Source: Sarea resinae (taxonomy: Eukaryota). From it: a stretch of 64,000 bases of DNA. Below the pieces are notes generated by a model, which did no database searches, was not told where the DNA came from, and saw nothing but the letters and a program-made list of their open reading frames with translations. How positions within the stretch are numbered: position 1 is the stretch's first letter; every line of letters starts with the position of its first letter. Shown here piece by piece: positions 62,212 through 64,000 of this stretch. Position numbers and translations under genes: made by a program. The DNA lies in the NCBI GenBank assembly GCA_026026165.1, contig JAPEUD010000040.1, positions 1-64,000 of the forward strand. Reading direction: 5' to 3'.

Positions 62212-62708
62212 GAGCGGAAGGCGAGCGCGCCGCCCGAAGCAGCATTATTGCTGTACCTTGGTTGCTGTCTGGTCCGTCTACCCCGAACATTCGGCTCTAT
62301 CGATTGACATGAGGACTCTATATATCATTCTATGAGAACACGCAATAGTTTACGAAATTATATTTGCATTTTCGGCTGTACCTGCATGGATTTATACAAG
62401 ATTGTTGAAAGTCTCCGAGCATATTATGCCCTCTCCGCGCTACGAATGAAAGGAGGGGCATTTCGGCGGGATAGCGTAGAACGACAAGTCCCTAGCCGGA
62501 ATTCGAGAGGCGCCATCTAAGAACGGGACCAGACGTGTATACAGAGAAGATGAAAGACATTGCACCAGAACGCCGGTTTTCTTTCCCCTTCGCTTTCCTG
62601 TCCTGTTGGACCCGACCAGATGAAGCCCTCTCTCCACCTCCAAAAAAAAGCTAATTGTAAACGCGCGTGTATTCCATTGTGGTAGGCACAGTGAACCGCC
62701 AACCATTT

Positions 62709-64000
62709 TTATGCTGCCTCAGGCTCTTCCTCCATCTTTCGCTTGGCGGGAACATGTCCATTAGATAGAGCCCCATGTGTAGGTTGAGAGTCTTGAGAGG
62801 GCGCCTGCGCGCTTGCAGCTGCAGCTCTATGGCGCTCCTTCGTCGCCTGCATTTCCCTCTCTCGCTCAGCAGCCTGCCTGCTCTTCCAAGCATCGCGGAT
62901 CTTCTTCGCAGCACGGATGAGATCGGCCTCCGTAACACGGTCTCTGATGCTCTCAATGACGCTCTCAACAACGCTGATGTGGTTGGCATCTTTCTTGTCG
63001 CCACGGAAGCGCAGGAAGCGCCATCGGTGCTGCGAATCTTGATAGCATTCGACGATCCGGTCGTCGAGTGGCTCGCCCATGCCTTTCATCCGCTCCCATT
63101 CGTCGTCGGCCATGTACATCTGTCCGTAGATCTGCGATTTGTTATTGCCCAGATTCACGGATAAGTTGAAAGTTGGCTTCGCGTCCCAATCCGGATACGG
63201 GCTTGTCATCCCTTCTGCCTCGTCCTCCGAGTCTGGTTCTCGAAGAGGAAACTGGAGGTTGAGTCGAAAGTCGATGGAATTTTCGTTCTCGGGTTTCCAT
63301 TTCAATATGTGCTCGTCCGTGCCAAATTTGTAGGGTGTGTTGCGACAGGTAAAGATAAGTCCATCATTGCCATGAGGCAGATTGGGCAGGATGTCCCGAA
63401 ACATCATCTCGATGCCGTAACTAAACTCCATCTTCTTGAATTCCACCACATATGGAAGATACTGTATCTCCTCCGGGTACTTCTTGTAGAGCGCCCTGTA
63501 GGGGTTGTATACCCTGTCCCTAAAATACGCCAACCGTTTATCCAACGTCCGATGCATGAGGCTATTTCCGTCCAAAACCAAACAGTCGAAGACCAAGTAT
63601 TTGAGCTGTTGGGACCCGTTTGGCATCGTGTCAAGCACCAGCTCGCCGTCAATGACAGTGCCAATGTGGAAGTTCTGGAAGGATTCGTCATCAGGTACCG
63701 GGAAGTGCAAGCCCATGACGAAGTAGTAGTCGTTCTTCCGATCGATCAGGTAGTGAATCTCTTCGCCGTTGTCGCCTTCAGCAAAGTACATCAAACAGCG
63801 GATGCCATCCGACTTCTCACAGACGTAGTAGCTGTTGCACACCACATTTCAACGTCAGCAGAAGCTCATTTCTACCGGAAAGAAGGGAATCTGGCGGATA
63901 TAATATACGCACTCTTGCCTCTGGAGCTCAACGATATGGCGCGCCGCAAAGCTGACTGGCTGAGCGCCCGGGAAATGTAATGAGTTGCGACCCAGCAGGT
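62709..64000 (-). CDS. CEG1: mRNA capping enzyme alpha subunit (guanylyltransferase), 5' end outside the window
   Basis: FPGAQPVSF, YYVCEKSDGIR (KxDG), IDGELV, LVFDCL, DGLIFT, LKWKP and RFRGDKKDAN. Confidence 0.97.

Noticed and set aside
25072..63980. Numerous antisense and alternate-frame ORFs overlapping real genes
   Set aside because: Shadow ORFs of GC-rich coding sequence with no independent motifs.

Overview
Left end of a chromosome from a filamentous ascomycete, shown by (CCCTAA)n telomere repeats, RIP-type mutation and short spliceosomal introns. Bases 1-14.9 kb form an AT-rich, RIP-degraded subtelomeric block. Its centrepiece is a complete 7,365-bp hAT DNA transposon (5093-12457) with perfect 18-bp TIRs and an 8-bp TSD, inserted into a degraded repeat block that includes Ty3/Gypsy chromovirus remnants. 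Besides its transposase, the element carries a spliced, highly divergent histone H3-like gene and a second multi-intron gene of unknown function. It is also studded with 13 copies of a fixed-spacing GTAAC[A/G]-N7-GTAACA doublet that lies in predicted introns and non-coding DNA. A second, inverted copy (124-1955) is cut off by the telomere itself. Bases 15-31 kb hold accessory genes, several of them disrupted: trypsin-like protease, WbsX/GH99-like protein, FSH1 esterase, PAP-MJ1316 protein, multicopper oxidase, APH-like kinase and a FunK1 relic. Bases 31-51.5 kb hold mostly conserved genes: DUF4246, SRP receptor beta, AKR1, DNA ligase I, AsnRS, an Nrd1/Mrn1-type RRM protein and an MDR oxidoreductase. 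Bases 51.5-62.5 kb are a second, more variable patch, and the window ends inside the mRNA guanylyltransferase gene. All calls come from manual translation and motif recognition; no searches were run, and the boundaries of RIP-degraded genes are approximate.
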